64,000 nucleotides of DNA from Scyliorhinus canicula (Eukaryota), in contig NC_052171.1 in assembly GCF_902713615.1 (NCBI RefSeq), positions 20,248,324 to 20,312,323 on the forward strand. The letters are read 5' to 3'. Positions 61,640 to 64,000 of the stretch are shown here, in pieces. The translations under genes were made by a program, and so were the position numbers. Below the pieces are notes generated by a model that saw nothing but the letters and a program-made list of their open reading frames with translations, had not been told where the DNA came from and did no database searches. How positions within the stretch are numbered: the stretch's first letter is position 1; each line of letters opens with the position of its first letter.

Positions 61640-61720
61640 GCATGTTCTTGACATTGTTTGGGTCACACCCATAAATCTTGGCACCTGACGTGAGTGTGTC
61701 CTTTGCAGAGTGTTTAAAAC
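61640..61720 (+). promoter_or_regulatory. STAR: STAR proximal promoter
   Basis: TTTAAAA TATA-like 61713-61719; CRE-like TGACGTGA 61686-61693; NR5A-like TGTCCTTTG 61697-61705 and TGTTCTTGA ~61643. Confidence 0.6.
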
Positions 61721-61777
61721 CAGGTGCCTGTCAGGGAACACAAGAAGATCCGAGTGAGAGAGTGATCAAGCTGCAAG

Positions 61778-61841
61778 ATGATACCAGCCACCTTCAAGCT
61801 CTGCGCAGCAATATCTTACCAGCATTTCCGAACTCTAACAG
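61778..61841 (+). CDS. STAR: STAR exon 1 coding part (MIPATFKLCAAISYQHFRTLT), mitochondrial presequence
   Basis: Matches StAR N-terminus MLxATFKLCAGxSYRH; 64 nt, G|gtaatt donor. Confidence 0.93.
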
Positions 61842-61879
61842 GTAATTATACCGGCTGAATTAAACGGTGATGAGCTGTT

Positions 61880-62648
61880 AAAACTCTTCCTCTGCGCCCC
61901 GGTTCCCTGTCCGTGTGGGTTGCACATTCTCCCCGTGTCTGCGTGTCTCCCAAAAGGATGTGCAGGGTTAGATGGATTGGCAACGCTAAATTGCCCCCTA
62001 ATTGGGGAAAAAAGAATTGGGTACTCGAAACTCTTCTGCTGTGATCTGTGGACAAGTGTGGAGGCAAATGCAGATTGTTTTTTTTTTAATTTAGAGTACC
62101 CAATTCAGTTTTTTCCAATTAAGGGGCAATTTAGCGTGGCCAATTCACCTACCCTGCACATCTTTGGGTTGTGGGGGTGAAACCCACGTAAACACGGGGA
62201 GAATGTGCAAACTCCACACAGACAGTGACCCAGAGCCGGGATCGAACCTGGGACCTCGGCGCCGTGAGGCACAGGGCTAACCCACTGCGCCACCGTGCTG
62301 CCCCAAATGCAGATTGTTGATGAACTGGCTTTTGCATTTCAAAGGTCGAGGATCTCAAAAACGAAAGGGTTTTGACGCCATTAAAGGGGCTGGCGATTTT
62401 AAAAAAAATTTAGAATACCCAATTATTATTTTGTTTCCAATTAAGGGGTGATTTAGCATGACTGTTTTAATAAAAATATATGGCCAATCCACCTACCCTG
62501 CACATCTTTGTGTTGTGGGGGTGAAACTCGCGCAGAGACGGGGAGAATGTGCAAACTCCACATGGACAGTGACCCAGAGCCGGGATTCGAACCCTGGCCC
62601 ATTCCTCACCGCATTCCCAGTGCTACCCACTGCGCCACCGTGCTGCCC
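61880..62648. mobile_element. Three V-SINEs in STAR intron 1 (+ ~61880-62030, - ~62080-62304, - ~62405-62648)
   Basis: V-core in both orientations. Confidence 0.8.
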
Positions 62649-63090
62649 TGGCTGCTGCTTTTAATAATAAGAAATCGGAAGAAGGTTTACATTGGCTTCC
62701 TTGCATAAGCTGTTGTTACTTTTCAATTAATTCGGGGATGGGTTGGAATCGATAAACATTCGGAGGGTCTGTGCAGACCAGATGGGCTGAATGGCCTCCG
62801 TCTGCATGGTCGGGATTCTATAATGTGCGCAGTTCACCAATCCCATCCCCCCCTCATTATTTCAGAGGAAGTCCCACCGGGTGACTAAGTTTCTTGGCCT
62901 GCTGTGTATCTGAGAGTGAAGCAGCAGCAGTTTGGGGGAGACCGAGGTTGTCCCCTACGTTCCTGGAACTGTGCCCTCATGAGCGGTGACTGGGGATACC
63001 ACAGTGTTGGCACTTTCAGAGTGGCAGGACTTTTGATTGAAGGTTCTGTGCTGAAAACATGACCATCTTTCTTCTTTTGGTCTTTTTCAG

Positions 63091-63204
63091 GTTTGAGGCA
63101 TTCTGCAGTGGCGGCTCTCGGACACAAACTTTATCAGGTCAGACTGCAGCACCAAGCGCCCAGCTCCTGGGTGAACCAGGTCCGCAGGAGGAGCTCCTTA
63201 ATCA
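63091..63204 (+). CDS. STAR: STAR exon 2 (GLRHSAVAALGHKLYQVRLQHQAPSSWVNQVRRRSSLI)
   Basis: Strong tttttcag acceptor, A|gtgagt donor; 114 nt, phase 1->1; matches PSTWINQVRRRSSLL including the PKA motif. Confidence 0.94.
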
Positions 63205-63779
63205 GTGAGTACAGATGTTTGGAGAACTCAGTTTTCACTCGTGTTTTACCGTTTTCGTGTTTTAAATATTCACTAAAGAAGAAATCGATAAACTTGTTGA
63301 AATACCGAAAGAAATAAACTTTGCAGAATGCACAAGTATATCAATATAGACAAGTGTTGCATTTTATTGGAAACTATTGGGAGGCAATCTGCTCCTTTTG
63401 GGTAGTAAGAGGGACAGACGATCAAAGGGATGTAGGGGAATCGATAAACAAAGTAAAAACGCAGATTAGGTTTGAAAAAACCCCCCCTCCCCAAAGATCC
63501 AGGCTGCACTTTTCAAAGAGACAGAATTGAAAAGCAGAGTTCAGTTAAACTTGTCGGAATCTTAGCTAAGCTACACTTGCAGTACTACAGTTCTAGTCTC
63601 CGTCTTAAAACAAAGCAGGGGCTTTTCACAGTAACTTCATTGAAGCCGACTTGTGACAATAAGCGATTATTATTATTATTATTATTAAAGCAAGCAGAGG
63701 AACTGGAGAAGGTATTAAAGAGGAATTAGGAAAGGCTGATACGAGAACTGAGAGGTGATATCTAACAGGGAAGATTGAA

Positions 63780-64000
63780 CAAGCCATATAGGAGCCGAAT
63801 TAGACCATTCGGCCCATCGAGTCTTCTCCGCCATTCGATCTTGGCTGATATTTTCTCATCCCCATTCTCCTGCCTTCTCCCCATAACCCCTGATCCCCTT
63901 ATTAATCAAGAACCTATCTATCTCTGTCTTAAAGACACTGTGATTTGGCCTCCACAGCCTTCTGCGGCAAAGAGTTCCACAGATTCACCAGCCTCTGGCT
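63780..64000 (-). mobile_element. CR1 3' end, running off the window
   Basis: CR1-type 3'UTR and LVNLWNSLP remnant. Confidence 0.8.

Overview
Repeat-rich vertebrate genomic DNA, almost certainly from a shark or ray (V-SINE/HE1-type SINEs, CR1 and L1-like LINEs, many poly-C/G tracts). Three protein-coding genes could be assembled by hand from GT-AG exons with consistent phases. (1) The last four coding exons of DDHD2 (+, 1055-9473). (2) A complete PLPP5 (-, 7 coding exons 33197->18859, 265 aa), with a probable non-coding first exon in a CpG-rich patch at ~38.2 kb and a 3'UTR reaching ~15.76 kb. (3) Exons 1-2 and the promoter of STAR (+, 61778-63204). The rest is transposons and tandem repeats. 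The most notable observations: a near-intact CR1 LINE whose ORF2 has no usable AUG but overlaps ORF1 in the -1 frame across a canonical U_UUA_AAC slippery site (candidate programmed -1 frameshift); a ~2.4-kb near-perfect palindrome between the convergent DDHD2 and PLPP5 3' ends, with covarying inner hairpins; a Penelope-like palindrome carrying a U3:A8 hammerhead-like core; a 2.7-kb minisatellite amplified from an L2-LINE coding motif; a CR1 3' end carrying a captured SINE; and an NR5A/GATA motif cluster upstream of STAR. Gene and repeat names come from recalled family motifs, not from database searches. Repeat boundaries are approximate.
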